From: Escherichia coli O157 typing phage 8
Reading direction: 5' to 3' (one strand)
Sequence record: KP869106
DNA: 64,000 bases
In this document: positions 37,536-46,718 of the stretch, in pieces
Layout of the letters: each line of letters begins with the position of its first letter
Position numbering within the stretch: the first letter of the stretch is position 1
The notes under the pieces: generated by a model
Databases searched by the model: none
What the model saw: only the letters and a program-made list of their open reading frames with translations
What the model was told of the DNA's origin: nothing
Program-made: the position numbers and the translations under genes

Positions 37536-38117
37536 TCAAGAGTATTTTTTAGGCAGTAATGCACTGCGCTTGTTGCTCTCTTCACTCAGCAGTGCAATAA
37601 ATTCATCACCTTTACCCTTCCACGGACTAAATGTAGGGATATGTTCTCTGATAGCATCAATCACTGTTTTCAGGGCGTTATTTTTTAACCACCAATCAGA
37701 CACTGCTGAGGCTACAATATAATAAGCACCATCATCTGTGAAGATTGGCTCAGAGATACATGGTGAAATCATAGTGGTGATGATAGAGCCGTTATTCATG
37801 TAATATGTTCTTTTTTCAACCTTATCAAGAAGTTTATGAAGGTCTGCAAAGAGACTCACAACCTCTTTATGGTCAATATCTTTTTCAAGATTTGCTCTAT
37901 ATTTCAGCAGTGCAGCATCAACCTCTTTATCATTGAATTTGAAGTATTGGACTTCTTCATTCACACATACACTGATATTGTTGGTGTTTATCGTCAATTT
38001 GCACAGTTTGACTGGAGAATTGATGTTGGTCTGAAAAAGTGCTACACAGCCTTCTACATTTCCGAAATGTTTTACTAATGTAACTTCTGGTTGGATATGC
38101 TCATGTTCTTCTGACAT
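37536..38117 (-). CDS. hypothetical protein
   Basis: ORF. Confidence 0.45.
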   Translation of the reverse strand: MSEEHEHIQPEVTLVKHFGNVEGCVALFQTNINSPVKLCKLTINTNNISVCVNEEVQYFKFNDKEVDAALLKYRANLEKDIDHKEVVSLFADLHKLLDKVEKRTYYMNNGSIITTMISPCISEPIFTDDGAYYIVASAVSDWWLKNNALKTVIDAIREHIPTFSPWKGKGDEFIALLSEESNKRSALLPKKYS

Positions 38118-38461
38118 TACAGTTTCCTCATTAAATACTTTTTAAGTTGTGTGTTAGGTTTCTCAAAAACTTCTATAGAAGATATCTTAACAGATTCACC
38201 ACGCATACCAGTATGTTTGAATATGTAGTACTCTAACATCCCTATGTACTTTGCTGGTAAGTCATGCTTGACATATACCGTCACAGAATCTTCAAATTCA
38301 ACGACCTTTGTACCATCTTTGTAGTTGAACTCTTTAGGATGGTTGTAGTTGTCAATGTCATACATTAAAAAGAGTCTTTTACGTTGTAAGTCAAGCTTAT
38401 TTGTTAAAGACTCTTTAATATCTGAGAAGTTTTTGTACACTGTGACATGGAGCTTACTCAT
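38117..38461 (-). CDS. hypothetical protein
   Basis: ORF. Confidence 0.45.
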   Translation of the reverse strand: MSKLHVTVYKNFSDIKESLTNKLDLQRKRLFLMYDIDNYNHPKEFNYKDGTKVVEFEDSVTVYVKHDLPAKYIGMLEYYIFKHTGMRGESVKISSIEVFEKPNTQLKKYLMRKL

Positions 38462-38747
38462 CGTTAAACTCTCTGACGAAGAAATAGTTGACTTTGTTAT
38501 TACCTACCATAAGGTCAAAGCAGGTATTTTCAAAAGGTTTGTTGTAGGCATCGTATGAAATATATGGGTCAGCTACTTGCTTAGTGCTTAACTTCTTACT
38601 TGATGGATTTAAGAGGCCACCATACAGCTTCTTGATAGCCTCTTCTACAACAGACCAGATAATTTCGTCAGTAATTTCTTCGTACAGGTCAAGTTCACGC
38701 TCTAGTGAGAAGTCACAAATAGGGAAAACAACCTGTACTTTACTCAT
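38454..38747 (-). CDS. hypothetical protein
   Basis: ORF. Confidence 0.45.
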   Translation of the reverse strand: MSKVQVVFPICDFSLERELDLYEEITDEIIWSVVEEAIKKLYGGLLNPSSKKLSTKQVADPYISYDAYNKPFENTCFDLMVGNNKVNYFFVREFNDE

Positions 38748-39136
38748 TAACGAATAACCTGTGAGACTTGAATTGCTTCAGTTACTGACAAGTCACCTAC
38801 TTTCTCTTCTTTGATAAAAGTGAAGGTGAGTTCAACAGGTTCTTGCTCTTCTTGCTCAACTGGAATGCCATTAAGCTCATCGCGGATTGATTGGGTTGTC
38901 CAATCCTCCCCACCATCTGGATAATGGATGGCGTAAAGAGGGAACTCCATATCATACCAGCCAAATACAGGGCAACCATCTGCATCATCTCGCATTCTGC
39001 GAAGGGTGCTACCTGAGCCTGTAAAGCGAAGACTAATATTTCCATTACACTCAAAAATCACTGCGTCAGCAAGTCCAGCATCTTCTCGACCATCATGGCC
39101 AAAGGTGTCAACTTTTACTTGAATCTCTTTATTCAT
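38747..39136 (-). CDS. hypothetical protein
   Basis: ORF. Confidence 0.45.
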   Translation of the reverse strand: MNKEIQVKVDTFGHDGREDAGLADAVIFECNGNISLRFTGSGSTLRRMRDDADGCPVFGWYDMEFPLYAIHYPDGGEDWTTQSIRDELNGIPVEQEEQEPVELTFTFIKEEKVGDLSVTEAIQVSQVIR

Positions 39137-39527
39137 AAAAACCTCTCTCTGCTTGTTCTATTTTTGCTCTTAAAGTTTCGCAATGCTGTAGATGGTAGTT
39201 AGCTTCTTGTTCATGTGTTGCTAACTGCCTTTCCAGAACAGATTTATAGTAACCTGCAAGTTGCTCTTTTGTCAATGGGTGCTCTGAAATAATATCAAGT
39301 CCACTTTCACCGAGAGGGTTGAATTGTCCATGTTCGTTGACATTGTAAGTCTCAAACTTGAACAGGCCATTGTTCACAGACTCAATAGGTGACAGTTCAA
39401 CAAGCTCTACAGTAAACCGTGTATATACCTTGTCACCTCTTGAAACCACATTGTTCCCGACAATGCGTACAAGCGAGCCATTACGAGTGTACTTAAAAGT
39501 CCCAAAGTCACTAGCCCAAAGTTTCAT
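39129..39527 (-). CDS. hypothetical protein
   Basis: ORF. Confidence 0.45.
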   Translation of the reverse strand: MKLWASDFGTFKYTRNGSLVRIVGNNVVSRGDKVYTRFTVELVELSPIESVNNGLFKFETYNVNEHGQFNPLGESGLDIISEHPLTKEQLAGYYKSVLERQLATHEQEANYHLQHCETLRAKIEQAERGFYE

Positions 39528-39540
39528 AGTTTTCTCCTTA

Positions 39541-39568
39541 GAAAATAAAAAAGGCTCCCGAAGGAGCC
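39541..39568 (-). terminator. intrinsic terminator for leftward transcription
   Basis: On the minus strand GGCTCC-TTCG-GGAGCC followed by TTTTTTATTTTC. Confidence 0.55.
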
Positions 39569-39578
39569 TATGAAGATA

Positions 39579-40043
39579 TTACTTTGGGTATACACTGTCA
39601 AGATAAATGTCAGCTTCCATTCTACGTCTGTTTTTCAGTCCGTTTGAAGTGACCTTCTTACCTTTGACTGTAACCTTGTTCCACCACTGCATAGCTTCTG
39701 CACAACCCACCTTATTACCAGCATTGTGGCGCTTGATAAATGTGGAATCCTGCATAGCTGTGATACCAATGTTGTATGTTTCACTTACAAGTGCGTCAAA
39801 CTCATTCTGAGAAGTTGGAACATTGACGGCTTTGTTCACTGCTGCAACAAACTTTTCAACATCTGCGAGAAGATACTGTTCAGCTTGTTCAGCGGTAATC
39901 TTCATACCCATCTTAACAGGTTTTCCGTCAATACGGATTGTCCCATACCCGATTGTTGGGATTCCGGCAGAATCTTCGTAAGCCTCTAACTCCAGACCTT
40001 CGAAGAACTTAATAGCATCTAAACCTTTTCTTGAGAGTTGCAT
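39579..40043 (-). CDS. T4-type lysozyme (glycoside hydrolase family 24)
   Basis: N-terminal FEGLELEAYEDSAGIPTIGYGT matches the GH24 catalytic Glu/Asp/Thr region. Confidence 0.75.
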   Translation of the reverse strand: MQLSRKGLDAIKFFEGLELEAYEDSAGIPTIGYGTIRIDGKPVKMGMKITAEQAEQYLLADVEKFVAAVNKAVNVPTSQNEFDALVSETYNIGITAMQDSTFIKRHNAGNKVGCAEAMQWWNKVTVKGKKVTSNGLKNRRRMEADIYLDSVYPK

Positions 40044-41176
40044 TACGCCTCCCCTGCTGGGTTAACTGTAACTGTTGCTGCATTAGATGTTACAGAGCCA
40101 CCTGCACCAGTAACTACACAGGTGTAGCTTCCTGCATCAGCAGCGGTCGCACCTTCTTTGGTGTAAGTTGCAGTAGTTGCATCGAGGATGTCTTCCTCAC
40201 CTTTCTTCCACTGGTAACCTGTCGCACCTGTTGCCACAACATTCAGCGTTAAGGTCTCACCTTCATTGATTTCTTGATTGGTTGGCTGTTGAGTAATTAC
40301 TGGAAGTGCGTTCACAGTTACTACAGCAGCATTAGATGTCACTGCACCACCCGCACCTGTTACAACGCAAGTATATGAGCCTGCATCTGCTGGCAGAGCA
40401 CCAGACTTGCTATAGGTAGCATTTGTAGCTGAAGGAATGTCAGAGCCATCTTTCTTCCACTGGTAACCTGTCGCACCTGTTGCAGTCACTTCCAAGTTAA
40501 TGCTTCCACCCTCATTGACAGTCTGACCAGAAGGCTGCTGTGTAATCACAGGCAGTGCATTAACAGCAACTGTTGCCGCATCTGAGGTAACACTTGTTCC
40601 AGCCTCTCCAGATACAACACAAGTGTATGAGCCAGCATCAGAAGGTACTACAGACTGTTTTGTATAAGTTGCAGAGGTGGCACTAGGAATATCCTCTCCA
40701 TCCTTTTTCCATTGATATCCAGTGGCATTCGTTGCAATAACACTTAGGGTAAGCGTACCACCTTCATTTACTGTTTGATTGGTTGGTTGCTGAGTGATTG
40801 CTGGTGGCTTGATAGCATCCTTCAACTTAGCATTCAACATTGAGAATGGTTTAACTCTTGCCAGCCATTCACAATAAATTGTGTCAACGTCTTTACCATT
40901 GATAATTGCATATTGTAAGTCCATGAAGAAGTCAGAAGTTCTCATTTGAGCACCAATGCTGTAAAGCAACTCATCACTAAATGGAACTTTGTAGTCTGGT
41001 TTGTAGTCAAACTCATCGACTTCTGCAATATCAGCTTCAGGCCAATACGAACTGTAGGTAAGCGGTAAAATAGCCTCTTGATATGTTCTAAAATCATATC
41101 TCTTACCAGCCTTTACGTTTGCAATGAAGCCCTTCACAAACTCTTTGAAGTCTGGGTAAGTCTTTGCTTTAATCAT
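40043..41176 (-). CDS. protein with three tandem Ig-like domains
   Basis: Three ~90 aa repeats each with ITQQP...GATGYQWKKDG...ADAGSYTCVV. Confidence 0.6.
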   Translation of the reverse strand: MIKAKTYPDFKEFVKGFIANVKAGKRYDFRTYQEAILPLTYSSYWPEADIAEVDEFDYKPDYKVPFSDELLYSIGAQMRTSDFFMDLQYAIINGKDVDTIYCEWLARVKPFSMLNAKLKDAIKPPAITQQPTNQTVNEGGTLTLSVIATNATGYQWKKDGEDIPSATSATYTKQSVVPSDAGSYTCVVSGEAGTSVTSDAATVAVNALPVITQQPSGQTVNEGGSINLEVTATGATGYQWKKDGSDIPSATNATYSKSGALPADAGSYTCVVTGAGGAVTSNAAVVTVNALPVITQQPTNQEINEGETLTLNVVATGATGYQWKKGEEDILDATTATYTKEGATAADAGSYTCVVTGAGGSVTSNAATVTVNPAGEA

Positions 41177-41544
41177 TTCTTTTCAGCCTCTAAATGTGCG
41201 TTTAGTCTAAAATAACCTTTGTGATTCGGAGATACATCACCAACGACAATACCTTTAACCTTATAGCCTTTACCAATTACATACTGGATATCCATAAGGA
41301 ATCTTCCAAGACCAACAATATGGAACATTGGGTATAATAGATTCTCAGAGTCTGGAATATTGATTTCAGGTTTGTAGGTACGCTGTTCGCTTGTTGGTGT
41401 AATATCTTCTTCAGGCCATTTACTGAGTCTCCATGTCAAAGGTGTTGGGATAACATCATTAAGGTTGTACCTTTCACCATTTTGCACGGAATTGATATAG
41501 GATTGTAGGAAGCAATAAAAGTCTTTTGCACTCTTAGCTTTCAT
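41173..41544 (-). CDS. paralog of the N-terminal domain of the Ig-like protein
   Basis: Shares KAK..DF..F...YIN..V..G.RY and FMD(L/I)QY(A/V)I with the 40043..41176 N-terminus. Confidence 0.5.
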   Translation of the reverse strand: MKAKSAKDFYCFLQSYINSVQNGERYNLNDVIPTPLTWRLSKWPEEDITPTSEQRTYKPEINIPDSENLLYPMFHIVGLGRFLMDIQYVIGKGYKVKGIVVGDVSPNHKGYFRLNAHLEAEKK

Positions 41545-41591
41545 TAAATATCCTTATAAATAGTTAAAGGGGCATAAGCCCCTATTCACAC

Positions 41592-42182
41592 TTAAGCTTT
41601 GGTCTTAAGTAGGTTCTTAAGTTTTTTAAGATTCATACTCTCATCAAACTTAAAACCAAATCCATTGACATAATCAATGAACTCGGATTTCTTACTGAGT
41701 GACAATGCGTAACTCATATCAAAGTTCTTACTTGTTTCTGCGTCTGGACTAGAGTTCACATCAAATGAAATTTCCGTAGGCTCTTGCTTACTTTTTCTCA
41801 TATTATCAACCAACAAACATGTATAGTTTGCTGGATAGAAATTTACACTACCATCAACGTAGCTGTACTTATTATTATGGATAAGGTTGGAAAATACCTT
41901 AAGGAATGTTTCTGAGTCGTGGCAAACAAGTTTGAATTGGCTGCTCTCTCCAAGCGCAACTAATGAATACGGACTTTCACTATCAAAGTCATAATTTGGA
42001 TTCGATGCCGTTACTGTTACACGCATCAAGTTATTAGCAATAGTCTTCTGTTTAAAAGAATTTTGAACATAGTGAAGACCTCTATCACACTGATTGACTA
42101 GCTCTTTAAGTAGGTCATTTGCATATGGTGAATTAATTGATACAGAGCCATCACTATTGTAATTAAAACTTACTGTTAACAT
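41592..42182 (-). CDS. hypothetical protein
   Basis: ORF. Confidence 0.45.
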   Translation of the reverse strand: MLTVSFNYNSDGSVSINSPYANDLLKELVNQCDRGLHYVQNSFKQKTIANNLMRVTVTASNPNYDFDSESPYSLVALGESSQFKLVCHDSETFLKVFSNLIHNNKYSYVDGSVNFYPANYTCLLVDNMRKSKQEPTEISFDVNSSPDAETSKNFDMSYALSLSKKSEFIDYVNGFGFKFDESMNLKKLKNLLKTKA

Positions 42183-42409
42183 TTTTCAGTTCTCCTGCGA
42201 TTTATAATTTTGCTGCAATAGAGAAACGAAGTAAACTCACTGGAAGAAACCATTAAGTGTTGTTCACTAGATTGAGCCATTGCCCTGAAATACATTCCAG
42301 TCAAAGCATCATAGTGACTATTCTTTCCAATTGAGGTTATATAGCCATGACTCTTTGCAGTTTGATATAAATCTATAATATCTGCGATTTCTAATTGGGA
42401 ACTACACAT
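42176..42409 (-). CDS. hypothetical protein
   Basis: ORF. Confidence 0.35.
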   Translation of the reverse strand: MCSSQLEIADIIDLYQTAKSHGYITSIGKNSHYDALTGMYFRAMAQSSEQHLMVSSSEFTSFLYCSKIINRRRTEKC

Positions 42410-42573
42410 AGATAATCCTCTTGTCTTCTGTAATTTTGAAAGAACAGGTACAGACCAATTTCAGAGGATGAATAGTAGATTAACTCTACCCTTTTTGATT
42501 CCTTACAGTGATTGGTATTCTTACCTTTCTTCGGTTTATTTGATTTTCTCATTAAGTCTCCTTTGTAGAACAA
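42391..42573 (-). CDS. hypothetical protein
   Basis: Small ORF at head of leftward block. Confidence 0.3.
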   Translation of the reverse strand: MFYKGDLMRKSNKPKKGKNTNHCKESKRVELIYYSSSEIGLYLFFQNYRRQEDYLCVVPN

Positions 42574-42801
42574 GGCAGACCTACAGCTTTAACTAAGATG
42601 GTACAGTAATCCATACAACAAGTCAAGAACTATTGCAAGTTAAAAAAGTTGTTGACAAAGTACTTGACAAGGTGTAGGCTTATAAATACTTAGAAGATAA
42701 CTTAAAAGGTTCCTCTAAAAAGGCTATTTAAACAGATATCTTTCTGGATATCTATCTTTTATCTTAAAAGCCTTTTAAGAGGTCTTATAAGAGGCATACC
42801 A

Positions 42802-43173
42802 ATGAAAAACAGAACAAACAAAGGCCAGTTTAAAAAAGGCCAATCTGGAAACCCATCTGGAAGACCAAAAGGCTCTCGCAACAAAAGCTCACTTGTAAAA
42901 GCTCAACTGACCATTGATAATTCTGCTGAGTTTGCTGCAAAGTTGTTTGAAGCGATTGTTACAAGGGATGCTGCTAAGCTTGCAGAGTTCGGGTTAAACA
43001 CAGACGATGTAACCATCAAGAGCATGATTGAAGTCGGTAAAACTATCATGACCCACTCAGCAGGTGAGATGAAAGCAATTGCAGCAGACACTAAGAAGAC
43101 TCCTGATAACGGCGGTCAGTCTCAGACAGATAACAAACCAACGTTCTCTGCTGTTGCAACCCTTAAAAAATAA
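42802..43173 (+). CDS. hypothetical protein with N-terminal GNPSGRPKG motif
   Basis: Motif recurrent in small phage proteins of unknown function. Confidence 0.45.
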   Translation: MKNRTNKGQFKKGQSGNPSGRPKGSRNKSSLVKAQLTIDNSAEFAAKLFEAIVTRDAAKLAEFGLNTDDVTIKSMIEVGKTIMTHSAGEMKAIAADTKKTPDNGGQSQTDNKPTFSAVATLKK

Positions 43174-43254
43174 TTTTAAAAGATGTTGACAGACTCTATA
43201 AAGTTGCTCTAAAGTCTGTCACATCAAACAACAAATGAGAGAAGAGAGTAAAAT

Positions 43255-44670
43255 ATGAGCGAATTATTTAAACATGCGCACCTTCATGCAGGTCGAACTG
43301 AAAATGGTGCTGTAAACCATACTTCATCAATGTCTGCTCTTGTAGACTTTTACAAAGCTGCTGGTTCAAGCCGTAGCAATGTAGAAATCTTACCAGACCT
43401 GTTCTACAAAGCTTTGCGTGAGGATGTTGATGTTGCAGTTCGTATTTTACTGCATATGCGAGATGTACGAGAAGGTATGGGTGAGCGTAAAGCCTTCAGA
43501 ACTGTTTTACTTCAAGCGATTGAAGACAAAGTTTTAGAGTCTACGCAGGTTCTTCGCATTATGGATAAGATTGCAGAACTTGGTCGTTTTGATGACTTCA
43601 AAATCTTCGTAGGTACTCGTTTCGAGACAGATGCCTTCAAACACTTAGAAGCAGCATTACTAGACCCTGCAACAGCAGGTTTGGCGGCTAAGTGGTTACC
43701 ACGAGTCAAACCACGTCATAAGCAGTTTGTAAAACGTTTCTGCAAGTTTGCCAACTTGAGTGAGAAAGAGTACCGCACACTGTTGTCTGCACTATCTGAT
43801 ACAGTTGAGCAAAAAATCTCTGCTAATGAGTTTGGTAAGATTGACTACAGTAAGATTCCTTCACTTGCTGCTGCACGTTACCAAAAACTGTTTAACCGTA
43901 AAGATGGAGAGCGTTACAAAGCTTACATCGAGTCCTTATCAAAAGGTGAGACTAAGATTAACGCTGGTGCTGTTTACCCATACGATGTGATTAAATCTGT
44001 CAAGTATGGTAATGCAGATGTTGCTAATGAGCAGTGGAAAGCACTACCAAACTGGATGGCAGAAGGTGAAAACATCTTGTGTATGTCTGATGTATCAAGT
44101 TCAATGTCTTGGGTGAATTTTGGCTCCATTACTGCTCTGGATATTGGTGTATCACTTGCCTTGTATGTAGCAGAACGCAATACAGGTTGCTTTAAGAATG
44201 AGTTGATGGTTTATTCGACAAACCCTCACTTCATCGAACTGAGTGGTGATTTACGAAACCGTCATCGTCAGGTGATGCGACACGTTGAATATGGCTCAAC
44301 TAACTTACAAGCAGCTTTTGACCGCATTCTTGAAACAGGTAAAAGAAACAACTTGACTCAGAAAGATATGCCAAGTAAGCTTATCATCTTCTCCGATATG
44401 GAGTTTAATCAGGTTGATGGAGCTAACGGTCGTACAAACTTTGAAGCAATTCAGAGTAAGTACAAAAAAGCTGGATATGAGATGCCACAACTGGTATTCT
44501 GGTACTTAGCAAACCGTAATGGTACTTGCGAAGTATCTGTTAAGGATAACGGTGTAGCAATGGTATCAGGGTTCTCTCCAGCCACTTTAAAAGCTCTGCT
44601 TGGTGGTGAGAAGTTTGACCCAATCAGTGTAATGCTCAAAGCAGTAATGATTGACCGTTATATCTGGTAA
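43255..44670 (+). CDS. vWA-domain protein, Ro60/TROVE-like (tentative)
   Basis: MIDAS-like CMSDVSSSMS, then IIFSDMEFNQ and VAMVSGFSPATLKAL, resembling the Ro60 C-terminal vWA region as recalled; directly upstream of the tRNA cluster. Confidence 0.45.
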   Translation: MSELFKHAHLHAGRTENGAVNHTSSMSALVDFYKAAGSSRSNVEILPDLFYKALREDVDVAVRILLHMRDVREGMGERKAFRTVLLQAIEDKVLESTQVLRIMDKIAELGRFDDFKIFVGTRFETDAFKHLEAALLDPATAGLAAKWLPRVKPRHKQFVKRFCKFANLSEKEYRTLLSALSDTVEQKISANEFGKIDYSKIPSLAAARYQKLFNRKDGERYKAYIESLSKGETKINAGAVYPYDVIKSVKYGNADVANEQWKALPNWMAEGENILCMSDVSSSMSWVNFGSITALDIGVSLALYVAERNTGCFKNELMVYSTNPHFIELSGDLRNRHRQVMRHVEYGSTNLQAAFDRILETGKRNNLTQKDMPSKLIIFSDMEFNQVDGANGRTNFEAIQSKYKKAGYEMPQLVFWYLANRNGTCEVSVKDNGVAMVSGFSPATLKALLGGEKFDPISVMLKAVMIDRYIW

Positions 44671-44688
44671 AAAGTTTTAAAAAGGGTA

Positions 44689-44717
44689 TTGACAATGTGT
44701 TTAATACCCTTTAATAT
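44689..44717 (+). promoter_or_regulatory. sigma70-like promoter TTGACA-17-TAATAT upstream of tRNA cluster
   Basis: Consensus -35 with 17 bp spacer. Confidence 0.5.
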
Positions 44718-44835
44718 GTTCTACATAGAAACGAAATGAGAGCTTTTCTAAGATGCTGAAAAATATTTTAAAAAAGTTCTTGACAACCACTAAAAAATAA
44801 TGTTAAAGTGGTTACATAGAGTTTGAAAAGTTTAT

Positions 44836-44912
44836 CTCTGTTTAGCTCAGCTTGGTAGAGCGTTCCGTTTGGGGCGGTAAGGCCGGAGGTTCAAGTCCTC
44901 CAACAGAGACCA
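44836..44912 (+). tRNA. tRNA-Pro (anticodon UGG)
   Basis: Cloverleaf by eye: acceptor CTCTGTT/AACAGAG, anticodon loop TTTGGGG, T-loop TTCAAGT, CCA encoded. Confidence 0.7.
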
Positions 44913-44919
44913 AATTAAT

Positions 44920-44997
44920 GTTCCAGTAGACAAAATGGTAAAGTCACCACTCTTTCAAAGTGGATATCTGAGGGTTCAAATCCCTTCTGGAACGCCA
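44920..44997 (+). tRNA. tRNA-Glu (anticodon UUC)
   Basis: Acceptor GTTCCAG/CTGGAAC, anticodon stem CCACT/AGTGG, loop CTTTCAA, CCA encoded. Confidence 0.65.
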
Positions 44998-45004
44998 GTT
45001 TTGA

Positions 45005-45076
45005 CAGAAGACCAATTACAGCAAACTTAATCTACTCATCTGAAAGTTAATCGGACAAAGAAGATATTTGGTCTGG
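45005..45076 (+). repeat. inter-tRNA repeat element: CAGAAGACC-N-TTACAGCAA ... GGTCTGG
   Basis: One of 5 related copies; may contain a TTGACA promoter or be a small RNA / processing hairpin. Confidence 0.4.
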
Positions 45077-45087
45077 TCATTAAGAAT

Positions 45088-45164
45088 TGCGGGTATAGAG
45101 AAAGGGCGTCTCACATGTCTCATTAGCATGGTATCGGCAGGTTCGACTCCTGCACCCGCCTCCA
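45088..45164 (+). tRNA. tRNA-Met-like (anticodon CAU), atypical
   Basis: Anticodon stem CATGT/GCATG, loop CTCATTA, T-arm GCAGG-TTCGACT-CCTGC, CCA encoded; 1-72 mismatch and odd D-arm. Confidence 0.45.
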
Positions 45165-45170
45165 AATTTA

Positions 45171-45245
45171 CAGAAGACCGTTTACAGCAATATTTATTAA
45201 ATTTTTAGCGGAAAAAATTGAAAGATACGGTCTGGTAATACTAAA
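45171..45245 (+). repeat. inter-tRNA repeat element (copy 2)
   Basis: TTACAGAAGACCGTTTACAGCAA nearly identical to the copy at 45650. Confidence 0.4.
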
Positions 45246-45248
45246 CAT

Positions 45249-45325
45249 GGTTAGGAAGCACATAAGGTATGTGCGGTCGCCTGTTAAGCGAATGGCACAG
45301 GGTTCGAATCCCTGACTAACCGCCA
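45249..45325 (+). tRNA. tRNA-Asn (anticodon GUU)
   Basis: T-arm CAGGG-TTCGAAT-CCCTG, anticodon loop CTGTTAA, CCA encoded. Confidence 0.6.
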
Positions 45326-45334
45326 AATTTAAAT

Positions 45335-45422
45335 GTGTCGTTATCCCGTAGATGGTAGCGGTGGGGACTGTAAATCCCTTGTCATTGAGACTCGGTAGGT
45401 TCGACTCCTACACGGCACACCA
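45335..45422 (+). tRNA. tRNA-Tyr (anticodon GUA), long variable arm
   Basis: Acceptor GTGTCGT/ACGGCAC, anticodon loop CTGTAAA, T-arm GTAGG-TTCGACT-CCTAC, 88 nt. Confidence 0.6.
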
Positions 45423-45427
45423 ATAAA

Positions 45428-45505
45428 GGTTATGTAGTTTAATCTGGTTAAAATACTCCCCTGTCACGGGAGATGATGAGGGTTCGAATCCCTTCGTAAC
45501 CGCCA
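45428..45505 (+). tRNA. tRNA-Asp (anticodon GUC)
   Basis: Anticodon stem CTCCC/GGGAG, loop CTGTCAC, T-loop TTCGAAT, CCA encoded. Confidence 0.65.
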
Positions 45506-45566
45506 ATTTTGATAGGGCTATTTAGCCCCTCCCTTAAAGGGTTCTTACGAGTATTCTTTAAAGGAG

Positions 45567-45640
45567 CAGAAGACCAAATTCAGCAAGTTACTTAAAATTT
45601 CAAGCCAATTTAATTTTGAAAAATTTAAAACTTGGTCTGG
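45567..45640 (+). repeat. inter-tRNA repeat element (copy 3)
   Basis: GCAGAAGACCAAATTCAGCAA ... GGTCTGG. Confidence 0.4.
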
Positions 45641-45653
45641 CTCAACAAATTTA

Positions 45654-45785
45654 CAGAAGACCGTTTACAGCAAAACTTAAACAATCTATTTCTCCGGTAA
45701 AGAAAAGGCGAAGGTTCGATTCCTTCACTCGGCAGATGTCGAGTTGGTGTAATGGTAGCACTTAAGATGATAAACAACGGTCTGG
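45654..45785 (+). repeat. inter-tRNA repeat element (copy 4) enclosing an isolated T-arm-like hairpin
   Basis: CAGAAGACCGTTTACAGCAA ... GAAGG-TTCGATT-CCTTC then ACTCGGC-AGAT-GTCGAGT hairpin ... GGTCTGG; no complete cloverleaf. Confidence 0.35.
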
Positions 45786-45934
45786 TAATTACCTTTGTAG
45801 ATAAGTTATTAAGCTTACTTGTGAGTATGCGACCACAAAGGGTGAATGGGTAAATTCTAGATTTAAACCCAAAAAGGCACATCGCTACAGACCTTAAGCA
45901 AGTCTGGGTAGCTTATCTACAAAGATAATTTAAT

Positions 45935-46010
45935 GGAAGTGTAGCAGAATGGTGATGCGGCAGACTTTTAATCTGACAGGCGATGGGTTCGAATCCCTCC
46001 ACTTCTACCA
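45935..46010 (+). tRNA. tRNA-Lys-like (anticodon UUU), non-canonical T-stem
   Basis: Acceptor GGAAGTG/CACTTCT, anticodon loop CTTTTAA, T-loop TTCGAAT with only about 3 bp T-stem, CCA encoded. Confidence 0.45.
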
Positions 46011-46014
46011 ATAT

Positions 46015-46091
46015 GGTTCAGTCGCAGATAAGGTAATGCAAGGGTCTCATAAGCCCTATGAATGTGGGTTCGATTCCCATCTGAACCTCCA
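46015..46091 (+). tRNA. tRNA with anticodon CAU (Met or Ile2)
   Basis: Acceptor GGTTCAG/CTGAACC, anticodon stem AGGGT/GCCCT, loop CTCATAA, T-loop TTCGATT, CCA encoded. Confidence 0.6.
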
Positions 46092-46092
46092 A

Positions 46093-46168
46093 GCTGGTAT
46101 AGTTAAGAAGGTTATAACACTCCCCTGATAAGGGAACATCGGTGGTTCGATTCCACCTACCAGTACCA
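46093..46168 (+). tRNA. tRNA-Ile (anticodon GAU)
   Basis: Anticodon loop CTGATAA, T-arm GGTGG-TTCGATT-CCACC, CCA encoded. Confidence 0.65.
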
Positions 46169-46183
46169 ATTTCAATAAAGTTG

Positions 46184-46212
46184 TTGACATTGAGATGTGA
46201 CTACTTTATAGT
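46184..46212 (+). promoter_or_regulatory. sigma70-like promoter TTGACA-17-TATAGT inside tRNA cluster
   Basis: Consensus -35 and near-consensus -10 with 17 bp spacer. Confidence 0.55.
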
Positions 46213-46426
46213 AACCTTAGTTTTCGTTGCGTAGCGTCTATTTTGCAAATTTAAAATAAATGCAAACGACAATGTTTTTCTGGCAGTAGCTTGATAGGCT
46301 AAACACCAGTGAGGTCTTCCAATCCCTCATCAAAGAATTTGGCGTACTAGCCCACGGTATGATTAATAAGGTGGGCATCTTTAAGGGCTTTCTAAGAGAG
46401 TCTTTAAAGATAATTACGGGGCGTAT

Positions 46427-46508
46427 CTCAGCGGTCTTCTAAACCGCCGTTAACCGAGTAAGTGGAGTATGCGGGTTCGAGTCCTGCCGCCTCGACCAAT
46501 TTAGTTAG
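46427..46508 (+). ncRNA. tRNA-like RNA with aberrant architecture (pseudo-tRNA or Y-RNA-like candidate)
   Basis: Acceptor CGGGGCG/CGCCTCG, T-arm GCGGG-TTCGAGT-CCTGC, CCA encoded, hairpin GCGGT-CTTCTAA-ACCGC, but no D-arm and a 23 nt extra region. Confidence 0.4.
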
Positions 46509-46647
46509 CAGATTACTTAGACGACCTAAACGGGTCTTCCTGTAGGGAGGTGGTCTGTATCTCATGTTTTCCAGAACATGTAAATAATCTGAGAAGGGGC
46601 TTTACAGTGTTGAGATAATACGGTAAGCTTTGAATTATAGTTTTAAT

Positions 46648-46718
46648 AGGGGTGAGCTATGGCAGCAATAGAGTCTCCAAAATTCTTGATTAGAGTTCGA
46701 ATCTCTACACCCCTGCCA
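46648..46718 (+). ncRNA. tRNA-like RNA with degenerate anticodon arm
   Basis: Acceptor AGGGGTG/CACCCCT, D-arm CTAT...ATAG, T-arm TAGAG-TTCGAAT-CTCTA, but only about 19 nt with no good helix where the anticodon arm should be. Confidence 0.4.

Noticed and set aside
45690-45760. Circularly permuted tRNA (3' half GAAGG-TTCGATT-CCTTC-ACTCGGC followed by 5' half GTCGAGT plus D-arm-like sequence)
   Set aside because: The putative 5' half does not continue into a pairable anticodon arm; more simply a T-arm-like hairpin followed by an ACTCGGC-AGAT-GTCGAGT hairpin inside a repeat element. Kept as a feature note, not a tRNA.
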